Origin: Nostoc sp. DedSLP01
GTDB taxonomy: Bacteria > Cyanobacteriota > Cyanobacteriia > Cyanobacteriales > Nostocaceae
Assembly (NCBI GenBank): GCA_034530875.2
Contig: JAVRCJ020000001.1
Span: 288,001-352,000, forward strand
Length of the DNA: 64,000 bases
Direction of reading: 5' to 3'
The position numbers and the translations under genes were made by a program. Positions 42,252 through 53,521 of the stretch are shown in pieces. Within the stretch, counting starts at the first letter, position 1; every line of letters begins with the position of its first letter. The notes beneath the pieces were generated by a model. That model saw only the letters and a list, made by a program, of their open reading frames with translations, did no database searches and was not told the origin of the DNA.

Positions 42252-42864
42252 GTCTCTTGTAAACAGGTTCCCATTTTTTCATTGTTGATAGGAAGATTAA
42301 CATAGTTTCTGATTCTTGAGGAGTTATGTCTCCTAAATCCAATGCGTTAACTTCCTCTTGTGAGAACGCGCTGACTCGCAACCCAGCTTCAATTAGTGAG
42401 TTTATACTATGTTTTAGGGTTTCTAAGACAATATAATTTATGTCTTTTTTAGGAGTTTCAAGACTAACGGCGCTTTTAACATCTTTATATAAAGTGACAG
42501 AGCCAGATGTCAGTTCCTCAAATGTTTTTTTAACATTTTCTGCCAAATAAAAACCCCAGTATCCCTCGTCTAAAATTTCCTTTAAAAGAAAGTTAGATTT
42601 GACAAAGTACAGTAGTACTTGATCTTTGCTCTCTTCTTCCTTGATTTTATTAAGCAGTTTGACGAGTCTATCAAGCTTTTGTGAAAGCTGAACCATCTCT
42701 TGCTTAAGTTCATCCAGTGATATTTGTCTGGTGTTAGCTAGTTCGACTAGTTTGGTGCTGGCTTCATGTTGCGCGTTATCAGAACATAGAGACTGCTCAA
42801 ACAGTGCTACTTGTGCTTGAAATGTTGAGATTGTTTCCTGTGTGAGCATGAAACTTTGTGTCAT
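42238..42864 (-). CDS. Hypothetical helical protein, putative antitoxin partner of Doc
   Basis: Overlaps the doc start by 14 bp; C-terminal helix MKKWEPVYKRLA. Confidence 0.6.
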   Translation of the reverse strand: MTQSFMLTQETISTFQAQVALFEQSLCSDNAQHEASTKLVELANTRQISLDELKQEMVQLSQKLDRLVKLLNKIKEEESKDQVLLYFVKSNFLLKEILDEGYWGFYLAENVKKTFEELTSGSVTLYKDVKSAVSLETPKKDINYIVLETLKHSINSLIEAGLRVSAFSQEEVNALDLGDITPQESETMLIFLSTMKKWEPVYKRLAAS

Positions 42865-43025
42865 TGCCTTATTACCACTACAGCCAGAAACTTAGGTTTT
42901 TCACTTTCTTTATTTAGAACAACTCTATAGCCTTACTAGAAATACTAGGGATACAGAATTGTTGTATCTCAGGATATCTCAACTATATCTATAAAGAGAG
43001 GCAATTTTTAGCGATCGCCCCATGC

Positions 43026-44630
43026 TTAAATATATTCATCCCAAGCCACAGGAAAGGAATAATCGGAAAACGGCGAGAAAACCTGATTTTCGCTGCGGGT
43101 TTCTTCATCCAAAACTTTGATGACTTTGTTATAAATATCTTTTGCTTGTTGTGGAGAATCGCCAATGCTGGTTAATCCCAACTTGCCAAATTGCGAAAGA
43201 CAACCCATAAGATGAAAAACTGTGCCTGTTTCAGTACCGCTATCAAAGTGCAGTCTGTGGTGAGCGATAATATCCATCAAGTCATTTGGTAATAATCCCC
43301 GATAGCGGTCTTTTTGCAGGTTGTCGGTGGCAATGTAGTATTTGGGACGACCTTGTTGGCTGTAAAATAAACCCGTGGACAGGTCATAGCGACCGTTGGT
43401 CAATAATTTCAAGGTCATGAATGGATGAGTTGTACCGCCTTTACGCAGATTAATTTCGATCGCCTGAATGTCCCACTCTCCATTACCCTTGTCAACTGCG
43501 ATAAAATCTACACCAAATCGTTCTAGCGCGCCTTTTTCAGCTAGCGTTCTGCCAACTTGTAAGCCGAGTTGCTGTAATTGCAACCGATATCTTTCATCAG
43601 CGGGAAAGCTACAACCAAGATAAATCTGGCCGTCGGGGCCTCCGAGAATTTGGTCGTGGGTGGAGAGGATTTCTATTTCGCCATTAGGCGTAATCCTACC
43701 TTGAACGCTGGGCGATCGCTTTATTTCTCCTTCCACAAATGATTCTACAATTGCCCCTAATTCCGGAATTCTGGCAGAAAAATTCTCCCAAGTTTCTTGT
43801 TTTGCTTGAAAGCGCAATGTTGAAAAGCGATCGCTAATTGCTGCTACCCTTTCGGCATGAGTACTCGTACCAGTAGGTGCGAGATTCTCAATCGGTCTTA
43901 AATCCAGCAATGCATTTCCTTCTCCAGAAATTCCTTCGTTGAGTTTCACCACCATTCTTTTTAATGTCGGTTGGCGTTCCCACAAATCAGCAGCAGCTTG
44001 TGCTAAATCGCTGTGATGCCAAACTTGTTGGCTACCATCTGGATGTGGTACTTCACTTTCGCCAAATATTTGCCGACTACCACTTTTTGTTCCCCAAATC
44101 TGTAAATCTGGCGCCGCAGCATACAGTGGTACGCCTAATTTTACTGATAATTCGCCTTCAAAATTCGATGAATTATAACATATCATGAATGATTTATCGA
44201 GCCTCAAAGCTTGGCGAATTCGCTCTAGTAAACGGGGGCGTTCTAAAATCTTTTGGCTGAGGGGCTTAAGCGAGGAATCGTAAGTAGAAAGTAGCAGCAA
44301 GCGATTGCGAGCATGAGAAAAAGGAATTCCTGGCAAAAGTTGCAGATAATAATCGATGATACTGGGATGCAGGGGTACTGATGTCACATAAACCAATCTT
44401 GTACGCGGATTCCGCAACCGAATCAAAGAAAACAGTAATCTTTCTTCATAATGTTCGCAGCCTTCAATTTTTTGAAGCTCGCGCTGGTCAATACTCAAAG
44501 ATGGGACAATTAAAATATCTGCTTCACTATTATCAAATAGCTCGATGGTTTTCCAGCGATCGCGCAGAGTTGATTGCAGACGGCGAAACTTTTCAATTTG
44601 CTGTAACTCAGAAACATCCAGTGTTGCCAT
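43026..44630 (-). CDS. Peptide ligase PGM1-related ATP-grasp protein
   Basis: HYEERLLF, WGTKSGSR, KLNEGISGEGNA, SPSVQ and IEINLRKGGTTHP. Start is ATG 44630 or 44678. Confidence 0.85.
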   Translation of the reverse strand: MATLDVSELQQIEKFRRLQSTLRDRWKTIELFDNSEADILIVPSLSIDQRELQKIEGCEHYEERLLFSLIRLRNPRTRLVYVTSVPLHPSIIDYYLQLLPGIPFSHARNRLLLLSTYDSSLKPLSQKILERPRLLERIRQALRLDKSFMICYNSSNFEGELSVKLGVPLYAAAPDLQIWGTKSGSRQIFGESEVPHPDGSQQVWHHSDLAQAAADLWERQPTLKRMVVKLNEGISGEGNALLDLRPIENLAPTGTSTHAERVAAISDRFSTLRFQAKQETWENFSARIPELGAIVESFVEGEIKRSPSVQGRITPNGEIEILSTHDQILGGPDGQIYLGCSFPADERYRLQLQQLGLQVGRTLAEKGALERFGVDFIAVDKGNGEWDIQAIEINLRKGGTTHPFMTLKLLTNGRYDLSTGLFYSQQGRPKYYIATDNLQKDRYRGLLPNDLMDIIAHHRLHFDSGTETGTVFHLMGCLSQFGKLGLTSIGDSPQQAKDIYNKVIKVLDEETRSENQVFSPFSDYSFPVAWDEYI

Positions 44631-45470
44631 AATTCCTACCTGTCGCCATCCAAAAACTGCTCTACTTCTCTGGTACATCCCAAGTAACTTTTTTGACAGA
44701 TCCTTTTTTGAAGAGAATTAAATAATATTAATTTTCTTCATAAAAATTTGAGTAGCTTGAGACATTGGCTTCAGCAAACTAGAGAAACTTGACAAAAGTG
44801 CTAGAAGGTTGTCCGTAAATACCAGATTAAATTAATTTTAACGAAAATAACAAGCATTATAGTCCGTATTTTGGCAGCGAATAAGGATAAGTTCAAGAGG
44901 CAGGAGATAGCAGGTAGTTATTGCTGGAGAAACCCACGTTTTAAAACCTGGGACTAAGTAGGTAGACGCCACTTGACTCTATGCCGCCAAACCCTTCCAC
45001 CGCAGTGGCTGGGCTTTGGATCTCGCGTACTTTGGGCTGATACAATTCCTGTTTTAAACTGGAATTTATACCCAGAAAAAACAGTTTTAATTAATACTCT
45101 TAACCTCCTGCCTCCTGCCTTCTTTGGTAAAAATATATTTAAATGTATTGCCGTATATTACAGCAAGCAGAGGATATTTATGCGCAAACTATTGATTTTA
45201 CGTCTTAAGGTTGAGTGAATTGCAGCTAGTTTTATCTCTAAGGAGCGATAAAGTTTTACAACATAGATAGTTTACTGAAATAGAGATGAACAGGATAAAT
45301 CCTGGTTCGCATGAGAGTAGTGTATTTGTTTTTCGTGGTTAGATAAAAGTCTGTATTAGGTGTGAGGGGAAATAGTGCAAGCCGCGTATAAATAATATAA
45401 AAAGTACGTTTGGTAAGCATTCGGGGTGTAAAAACCTAAAATTGCAAATGGCAAGTGGGAGCCAAAGCAA

Positions 45471-45513
45471 AAAATGAACCTTGGGTTGAATATTCGATCC
45501 AAGGTTTACTTTT
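45471..45513 (+). terminator. Strong hairpin followed by T-run
   Basis: AACCTTGGGTTGAATATTCGATCCAAGGTT then TACTTTT. Confidence 0.45.
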
Positions 45514-45624
45514 GGAAATGGGAATGGGGAGTAGGGAATAGGGAATGGGGGCAGGAATAAAAATAATAATTACTCATACAATGCCCGATTCTCAACTAAA
45601 TATTCAATTACCAAAACAAGGCTT

Positions 45625-46488
45625 ATGACTGAATCAAAAGAGCAAAAATCACAACCGCCACAGCAACAACAACCGCCAGGCGCGGAATCGGAAATGACGC
45701 CAAAACCGAAAGCTGAGGATGTACAGTATCAGGGTAGTGGCAAATTAAAAGATAAAGTAGCCTTAATTACGGGTGCAGATAGTGGTATTGGTCGTGCTGT
45801 CGCAATTGCCTTTGCTAAAGAAGGCGCAGATGTGGCAATTCTTTATCTGAACGAACATGACGATGCCAAAGAAACAAAACATTTGGTAGAAAAACAAGGG
45901 CGTCGTGCAGTCACAATCGCTGGTGATATTGGCGATGAAAACTTTTGCCAGCAGGCCGTAGAGCAAACAATTGGTGAGTTTTGCAAACTGGATATTCTCG
46001 TCAACAATGCTGCCGAACAACATCCTAAACCAAGTATTGAAGAAATCACCAAAGAGCAACTAGAGCGAACTTTTCGCACTAATATATTCTCGATGTTTTT
46101 CATGACTAAAGCTGCACTCAAACACTTACATGAAGGCAGTGCTATCATCAATACCACATCAGTAACAGCTTATAAAGGTAGTCCACAACTACTAGATTAC
46201 TCCTCAACAAAAGGTGCGATCGTTGCCTTTACTCGTTCCTTATCACAAAATTTAGTGTCAAAAGGAATTCGAGTTAATGCTGTCGCGCCAGGCCCGATTT
46301 GGACACCATTAATACCTTCAACTTTTCCTGAAGAGAAAGTTGAAACTTTTGGCAAACAAGTACCAATGCAACGACCCGGACAGCCAGAAGAAGTTGCGCC
46401 TAGCTATGTATTTTTAGCATCGGATGACGCTTCTTATGTTTCCGGTCAAGTCTTACATGTCAATGGCGGAGAAGTTGTCAACGGCTAA
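45625..46488 (+). CDS. SDR oxidoreductase (general stress protein 39 / YhdF-like)
   Basis: TGADSGIG, NNAA, YSSTK and VAPGPIWTPL. Confidence 0.93.
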   Translation: MTESKEQKSQPPQQQQPPGAESEMTPKPKAEDVQYQGSGKLKDKVALITGADSGIGRAVAIAFAKEGADVAILYLNEHDDAKETKHLVEKQGRRAVTIAGDIGDENFCQQAVEQTIGEFCKLDILVNNAAEQHPKPSIEEITKEQLERTFRTNIFSMFFMTKAALKHLHEGSAIINTTSVTAYKGSPQLLDYSSTKGAIVAFTRSLSQNLVSKGIRVNAVAPGPIWTPLIPSTFPEEKVETFGKQVPMQRPGQPEEVAPSYVFLASDDASYVSGQVLHVNGGEVVNG

Positions 46489-46888
46489 AAAGATTAGTCA
46501 TTGGTCATTGGTCATTGGTCATTAGTAAATTGCAAAAGGCAAAAAGCAAAGTCAATTGTGTTTACTACGCATCTGGTTAAGAGGTTTTCGACCATCACAA
46601 GCCACTTGCTCTAAGTAGGCAGACTCCTCTAAGGCAGTGGCTTAAATTTGTAAAATAAGGCAAATGACTAATGACAAATAAATAATTAAGTAAGCGGACA
46701 TAATTAAATGTAAAATCCAAACCAGCAAAACCTTTTACTGTTGAGGATTTTACCTCCTGCCTCCTGCCTCCTGCCTTCTATTTACTTCTAATTATTCGCT
46801 AATTTTCTTCCAGTGGAGGGAGGAACTAAGGTTTAGAGCATTGATAATATATCTAGCAGCAAACGTTTAATAAATAATAACTATTTCT

Positions 46889-47146
46889 ATGGCATCTCCT
46901 ACCCCATTGCACGGTACAGAACTAGTAGATTGTGCTAGAGCAAATGCCAAGCAAGGAATTGAAACTGCTGCTTATCAATGTGGCTATGGTGAAGACCTCA
47001 ACAAATTTGCAGGAGAACTTAGGCAAGCTTGCAAGGATATGAATTTGCAAGTAAAGGAACTTACCGAACTCATTACCGAGCAGGATTTGATATTACAATT
47101 GGGTACTGGCGAAATTATTGCTCCAGATACAGCATCAGAATTGTAA
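46889..47146 (+). CDS. Small hypothetical protein
   Basis: Clean 85-aa ATG ORF between STRR-rich intergenic regions. Confidence 0.7.
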   Translation: MASPTPLHGTELVDCARANAKQGIETAAYQCGYGEDLNKFAGELRQACKDMNLQVKELTELITEQDLILQLGTGEIIAPDTASEL

Positions 47147-47248
47147 AATTTAACAGCAATTTACTAGTGAGGAGTTAGGAGTTAATAATTAAAATTAACT
47201 CTTAGCTCCTAACTCATCATTCATAACTTATAACTCATAACTCATCAT

Positions 47249-48649
47249 TCATAATTTTAAAATTACCCGCGCTAAATTGAAGTAAATTAAAACCCCAAGT
47301 ACATCAACTGCTGTGGTGATGAATGGTGCTGACATTAGTGCCGGATCTAAACGTAGGAAACGAAATAAAAATGGTAGTGCGGAACCGGAGACGGAAGCTA
47401 AAATAGAAATCGCCACTAGACTAGTGCCTACAGCGATCGCTACTTCTAACCGTCCTTGCAAAAAGTAAGCCCAGATGGTTGCGATCGTACCTAACATTCC
47501 TCCTAATAAAGCACCTGCAATCCCCTCCCGTACAATTACTTGCAACGAACCGAGCGATCGAATTTCATCGGTATTCATCCCCCGAATTACCACTGTGGAA
47601 GACTGAGCGCCCACATTACCACCAGTACCAGTTAGTAAGGGGATAAATGCTGTTAGTGTTACTACTTTCGTTAAAATATCTTCTTGCGACTTAATAATCG
47701 TTCCTGTAACAGTATTGGTTACCAGTAAAACTAACAACCATAAAACTCGCTTCCGAGCAACTTCTAATAAATTTGTCTGGAAATAGTTATCTCCTCCCGA
47801 CTGCACGCCACCACCCAACGCATAGATATCTTCAGTGGTTTCTTGTTGCAGAATATCAATCACATCATCAACAGTGACAATACCTACTAGACGCTCTTCT
47901 CGGTCTACCACAGGCACAGCTAAAAAATCATATCTTTGGATTAATCTGGCAACTTCTTCCTGGTCTGTATCGGTGTGGACGAATACCACATCACGGGTCA
48001 TCACTTCGCCAATAATTTCCTCTGGCTGGGATGTTACCAATTCTCGCAACGATACAATTCCCGTTAACCGCCTTGCTGCATCAGTGACATAAAGATAATA
48101 AATCATTTCACTGGCATTAGCTAAGTTGCGAATTCGCTCTAGAGCTTGAGATACTGTCAAGTTTTCTTTGAGCGAGATAAACTCTAGCGTCATGATTCGC
48201 CCAGCAGTATCACCTTCATAACCTAGTAATAGGGCTGTAGCTTGGCGTTCTGCGGGACTCAGCTGTTCTAGGAGGCGATTAACGACTTTTGCCGGTAACT
48301 CATCAAATAACCTCGCTCGGTCATCCGACGACATGCGATCGACAATATCACAGACTTCCTGACTTTTAAGTTCCTCAATTAACCGTTCTTGAACGCTGTA
48401 GTCCAGATATTCATAAACCTCTATAGCTTCATCCTTAGAAAGCAAGCGAAAAGCCAAAGCGTGCATCGCTTCTGGCAAACCCTCAATTGCCTCGGCAATA
48501 TCCGCAGGCTGCACAGGTACGAGAATAGCTTTTGCTCCCTGCAAGTCTCCTGCTTCTAGCAGCATTTGCAGCTGAGTCCGCACTAAATCCCGCAATTCCC
48601 TGCGTGAGACATCCTGAAAGGTAGAGTTTAAATTGTTTGTCTCAGTCAA
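47249..48649 (-). CDS. mgtE: Magnesium transporter MgtE
   Basis: N-domain, CBS pair (TAGRIMT, GIVTVDDV), TM GTGGNVGAQS and DPALMSAPFITT. Confidence 0.96.
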   Translation of the reverse strand: MTETNNLNSTFQDVSRRELRDLVRTQLQMLLEAGDLQGAKAILVPVQPADIAEAIEGLPEAMHALAFRLLSKDEAIEVYEYLDYSVQERLIEELKSQEVCDIVDRMSSDDRARLFDELPAKVVNRLLEQLSPAERQATALLLGYEGDTAGRIMTLEFISLKENLTVSQALERIRNLANASEMIYYLYVTDAARRLTGIVSLRELVTSQPEEIIGEVMTRDVVFVHTDTDQEEVARLIQRYDFLAVPVVDREERLVGIVTVDDVIDILQQETTEDIYALGGGVQSGGDNYFQTNLLEVARKRVLWLLVLLVTNTVTGTIIKSQEDILTKVVTLTAFIPLLTGTGGNVGAQSSTVVIRGMNTDEIRSLGSLQVIVREGIAGALLGGMLGTIATIWAYFLQGRLEVAIAVGTSLVAISILASVSGSALPFLFRFLRLDPALMSAPFITTAVDVLGVLIYFNLARVILKL

Positions 48650-49872
48650 AGTTCACTTTCCTCAGCCAGTTTGAACAAGGTTGCTGCCATTAGTCTAGGG
48701 GAAAGTGGGGATGTGCAACTTCAAACTTTTGATTTTTCTCAGTTTGAGTTCAGTTAAAGGAACTGATACCGTTTCACCTTAAGATTGGTATAGATTACAA
48801 GCAGGGTAAGCAGGAAACAACAAAAATGATTTGTAGCAATAATTTCGTGAAATGGGATCGCAACTAAAGATTAGGTAAGAACGCGCAAAAATTATGCAAG
48901 AAGCAATAAAGTAGACCAGGCGATCGCCACACATAAATAATGAATATCACCTACACCCCACAACCTTTTTCAAGTCGCAAGCAAAGAGGGTTTAAACCTT
49001 TTTCATTTTTGTTTACATAGTTTGGTTTTTTTAAGCCGTTCTGCTGGCTAAAAGAGAAATTTTATCAGTTGAAAATAAAATATTGATAAATAATACTTTT
49101 GAAAATCTTTAAATATGAAAGTTTTCTTTATAAAACTTTCATGTAATTGCAATCCATAAAATAAAAAAAACACGACGAAAATCATCTATTGCGAATTTTT
49201 ATTTGAAAATCATCAAAACTTTGATGTAGCTTTAAAAATCTCTATTTAGTGTGAATCTTTAAACAAAGTTATAGGAGACGCATAGACATAACACGGTGGT
49301 GTAGTGTCAAATATTTAATTGATTAATCAAATAAATGCACTGAAATACAAAAGTAAGTAATTCAACACTGCTTACGTATATACTTACTTCAAGTAAGTAT
49401 TGTGGATCGTTAAAAATGATTAAATATTGAAATAATGATTTATTTTTATATAAAAAATAGTAAATTGACAAATACTTAATTTTAGGCATATCAAAACTCT
49501 GAATTTGTCTTCAAGCCGAGAGCAAATGTTTAATCAGAGTAAACTACGCTATAGAACTATACTTACTATAGGGGTTTCTAGATACTTAAAACTGTATCTG
49601 CTTTCAGACGAAATTTAGAGAGATATGCCACGTCATGTACTTTTAACTATGGATTAAATAAGGGGTAAAGGAGCAGATTAAATGTAAAACAAGCAGATAT
49701 AAAATGTTAAGTTAGTATTTATTAATATAAAATTAATAAACTAATTAATTTAGTAACATCAAAAATTCAGTTAGTAACATCACCTATTTCCCTTGAAAAA
49801 TTGAATGTAAAACTAATCCTGAAACCTTAATGATGGTATTAGTTTTAGCTGTTTTGTGAGGCATGTATATCA

Positions 49873-52800
49873 ATGGCTAATTCAACGGATCTTAATCAAA
49901 ACTCGTTAACGGTACTTAATTCGGATACAACAAAAAACCCATTAAATCAAGCATCAGCACTCAATTTTGCTAACGGTAGTACGGCATTTTCTCAGGGAAA
50001 TGGACTTAAAGGAGAGTACTACGACAACATTGACTTCACCAACTTAAAACTGACTCGCACAGATTCGACGGTCAACTTTAACTGGGGTAGTGGCGCTCCA
50101 GATCCACTCATCGGCGGTGCAGATACCTTCTCAGTGCGTTGGACAGGACAGGTAGAAGCTAAGTACAGCGAAGTTTACAATTTCTACACTAGAAGTGATG
50201 ATGGCGTCCGGCTGTGGGTGAATAATCAACTGTTGATCGATCGATTTGTCAATCAATCGACTACAGAACATACAGGCTCCGTCGCCCTAGTTGCAGGTCA
50301 AAAATACGATATTAAATTAGAATATTTCGAGAATAATTACTCTGCAAATTCTCAATTATCTTGGTCAAGCGCTTCTCAGACTAAAGAAATTATTCCTCAA
50401 TCTCAACTGTATAGTGGGACAAATACAAATAACAATCCAGTAATTGGTAATGGTAACGGACTCAAAGGAGAGTATTACGACAACATCGACTTCACCAACT
50501 TAAAACTGACTCGCACAGATTCGACAGTCAACTTTAACTGGGGTAGTGGGGCTCCAGATCCGCTTATCGGCGGTGCAGATACCTTCTCGGTACGTTGGAC
50601 AGGACAGGTACAAGCTGAATACAGCGAAGTTTACAACTTCTACACTAGAAGTGATGATGGCGTGCGGCTGTGGGTGAATAATCAACTGCTGATCGATCGA
50701 TTCGTCAATCAATCGACTACAGAACATACAGGCTCCGTCGCCCTAGTTGCAGGTCAAAAATACGATATTAAATTAGAGTATTTCGATAATAATTACTCTG
50801 CAAATTCTCAATTATCTTGGTCAAGTGCTTCTCAAGCTAAAGAAATTATTCCTCAGTCTCAACTATATAGTCAGGCGAATACACCTACGAGTAATGGTAA
50901 TGGACTCAAAGGAGAGTATTACGACAACATCGACTTCACAAACCAGAAACTGACTCGTACAGATGCGACAGTCAACTTTAACTGGGGTAGTGGCGCTCCA
51001 GATCCACTCATCGGCGGTGCAGATACCTTCTCAGTGCGTTGGACAGGACAGGTAGAAGCTAAGTACAGCGAGCTTTACAACTTCTACACTGGTAGTGATG
51101 ATGGCGTGCGGCTGTGGGTGAATAATCAACTGTTGATCGATCAATTTGTCAATCAATCGACCACAGAACATACAGGCTCTATCGCCCTCGTTGCAGGTCA
51201 AAAATACGACATTAAATTAGAGTATTTCGAGAATAATTACTCTGCAAATGCTCGATTATCCTGGTCAAGTGCTTCTCAGACCAAAGAAATTATTCCTCAG
51301 TCTCAACTGTATTCACAAGTCTCACCAGCTATTATCACCTTGAGTACATCTCCCACCAGCGTCAATGAAGGCGATGGTAGTGTAACGGTGACTGTACTCA
51401 GAAATGGTGATTTAAGTGGTACATCTTCAATTAAGTACGCTACCTTAGCTGGTACTGCAACAGCAGGGGATGATTATGCTAATGGCGGAGAGGAAATTGG
51501 CGGTACCCTCACCTTTGCACCAGGAGAAAGTAGCAAACAGATCGTAATTCCGATCTTTGACGACTTAATAGCAGAACCAGATGAAACCTTTAGTGTGGCT
51601 ATCGATCAGCCAGAGGGTGCAGGATTAGGAATTCAAAGAACTCTGGGAATCACGATTCAAGATAATGATAGTCAAGGTCTTACTTTCACTCCAATAGAAG
51701 TGAATGAGAATAATGGTACTGCAATAGTGACAGTTAGGCGCAATAATGCTTCCGGCGCTGCTAGTGTAAATTATGCAACTGCGGATGGAACTGCTAAAGC
51801 TGGATCTGACTATATTGCTATAGCTGGAACCTTAAACTTTGCAGTTGGGGAAACCAGTAAGAATATTTCTATTGCAATTAAAGATGATACCGTTACAGAA
51901 GCGGATGAAGCGTTTACTTTGAACTTTAGTAACGCAGTTGGGGTATCGCTGCCTATTACTAAGACGAGTGTGACTATTATCGATAATGACTCGGGTAACT
52001 TCCAAAGAAATACTGTAGTTTCTGGGTTGACCGCACCTACAGAGTTTGACTGGTCAGCTGATAATAAGCTCATGTTCATCGCCCAGAAAAATGGGGTAGT
52101 GAAGGTGTTGAACACGACTACGGGCGTGTTGGAAGCTAATCCCTTTATTGATATTTCATCTGAGGTAAATAATATAGCCGATCGCGGCTTGCTAGGCATG
52201 GCTCTACATCCAGATTTTGGCAAGAGTCCGACCGGCAACAACTACGTTTACCTCTTATTTACCTACGATCCCCCAGAAACCAATACTAGCAATCCTCTAA
52301 ATAATCCCAATAGCACCTTAGACAATCCCGATCAAAGAGGTAACCGTGCTGTAAGGCTAGTTAGGGTGACAGCTAACCCCAGCACTGGTTACAAAACTGC
52401 GATCGCTGGCAGTGAAGTTGTAATATTAGGCAAAAATAGCGTTTGGAACTATATCAGTCGTCCAGACAGAGACAGCACCCTCGTCGATCCTGACAATGAC
52501 ACCAAGAACGAGGCACCATCAGGTATTCTCAACAAAACTACTGGCAAATTGTTTGCCAACGCCCAAGAATATCTAGACGCTCTCAAAAGCAATAACATCC
52601 AAAACGTCCAAGATTATATGGCGATCGATAGTGCAACTCACTCCGGTGGTAGCCTAGTCTTTGGTAATGATGGTAGCCTGTTTGTTGGACTTGGTGATGG
52701 TACTTCGTACAACCGAGCAGATATCCGAGCAAATCGCGTCCAGGATCTCGATAACCTCTCTGGTAAGATCCTCCGCATCGATCCTATTACTGGTCAGGGT

Positions 52801-53376
52801 TTAGCAAATAATCCTTTTTACAATGGTGACCTCAACAGCAACCGTTCCAAAGTCTTTAACTTAGGTCTGCGTAACCCCTTCCGCTTCACTGTAGATCAAC
52901 GAACTAATACTCCTTTTATTGGCGATGTGGGTTGGTATCTATGGGAAGAAGTGAATGTTGGTAAACCAGGTGCTAACCTTGGTTGGCCATACTATGAGGG
53001 TGGTGTTGATGCAAATGGCAATCTCGTCAGCATCAAACAAAGAAACTATGCTACTCTCGATACTGGCAAGGACTTCTACGCTAGCGGTAAAACCGTGACA
53101 GCACCAATTTACGCCTACGATCATTTAAATGGTTCTACTTCGGTCGGCGTTGGTACTTTCTACACGGGTGGTACTTTTAACAATGCTTTATTTATCTTCA
53201 ATCCCACTAAGGGAACTATGGATGCTTTAGCATTGAACAGCCAGAATCAAGTTGTTTCAACTACACGATTTGCTTCTGATTTAGGAGCGCCTGTGAGTGT
53301 TAAAGCTGGAGATGATGGCAAGTTGTACTACGTAGACTTGATATCAGGTAAGATTGACAGCTGGACACCTGTTTAG
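49873..53376 (+). CDS. 3x PA14 + 2x Calx-beta + PQQ-dependent glucose/sorbosone dehydrogenase-like protein
   Basis: GLKGEYYDN...SDDGVRLWV x3; ATADGTAKAGSDY / EPDETF; RGLLGMALHPDF, GKILRIDP and GLRNPFR. Confidence 0.9.
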   Translation: MANSTDLNQNSLTVLNSDTTKNPLNQASALNFANGSTAFSQGNGLKGEYYDNIDFTNLKLTRTDSTVNFNWGSGAPDPLIGGADTFSVRWTGQVEAKYSEVYNFYTRSDDGVRLWVNNQLLIDRFVNQSTTEHTGSVALVAGQKYDIKLEYFENNYSANSQLSWSSASQTKEIIPQSQLYSGTNTNNNPVIGNGNGLKGEYYDNIDFTNLKLTRTDSTVNFNWGSGAPDPLIGGADTFSVRWTGQVQAEYSEVYNFYTRSDDGVRLWVNNQLLIDRFVNQSTTEHTGSVALVAGQKYDIKLEYFDNNYSANSQLSWSSASQAKEIIPQSQLYSQANTPTSNGNGLKGEYYDNIDFTNQKLTRTDATVNFNWGSGAPDPLIGGADTFSVRWTGQVEAKYSELYNFYTGSDDGVRLWVNNQLLIDQFVNQSTTEHTGSIALVAGQKYDIKLEYFENNYSANARLSWSSASQTKEIIPQSQLYSQVSPAIITLSTSPTSVNEGDGSVTVTVLRNGDLSGTSSIKYATLAGTATAGDDYANGGEEIGGTLTFAPGESSKQIVIPIFDDLIAEPDETFSVAIDQPEGAGLGIQRTLGITIQDNDSQGLTFTPIEVNENNGTAIVTVRRNNASGAASVNYATADGTAKAGSDYIAIAGTLNFAVGETSKNISIAIKDDTVTEADEAFTLNFSNAVGVSLPITKTSVTIIDNDSGNFQRNTVVSGLTAPTEFDWSADNKLMFIAQKNGVVKVLNTTTGVLEANPFIDISSEVNNIADRGLLGMALHPDFGKSPTGNNYVYLLFTYDPPETNTSNPLNNPNSTLDNPDQRGNRAVRLVRVTANPSTGYKTAIAGSEVVILGKNSVWNYISRPDRDSTLVDPDNDTKNEAPSGILNKTTGKLFANAQEYLDALKSNNIQNVQDYMAIDSATHSGGSLVFGNDGSLFVGLGDGTSYNRADIRANRVQDLDNLSGKILRIDPITGQGLANNPFYNGDLNSNRSKVFNLGLRNPFRFTVDQRTNTPFIGDVGWYLWEEVNVGKPGANLGWPYYEGGVDANGNLVSIKQRNYATLDTGKDFYASGKTVTAPIYAYDHLNGSTSVGVGTFYTGGTFNNALFIFNPTKGTMDALALNSQNQVVSTTRFASDLGAPVSVKAGDDGKLYYVDLISGKIDSWTPV

Positions 53377-53411
53377 ACTGAGTGGGGAATGGGGAATAGG
53401 GAGTAGAAAAT

Positions 53412-53490
53412 AGGGAGATGGGGAAGTGTGGGAGGTGTGGGAAGAGAGGGAGGCATAAATTCTCTTTCTACCCACTCCCCACACTCCCTG
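53412..53490. repeat. G-rich/C-rich dispersed repeat, copy 2 (inverted relative to 16629)
   Basis: Core AGGGAGGCATAAATTCTCTTTC at 53447-53468. Confidence 0.72.
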
Positions 53491-53521
53491 CCTGTCCTCT
53501 TCCCATGCACCATACTGAAAT

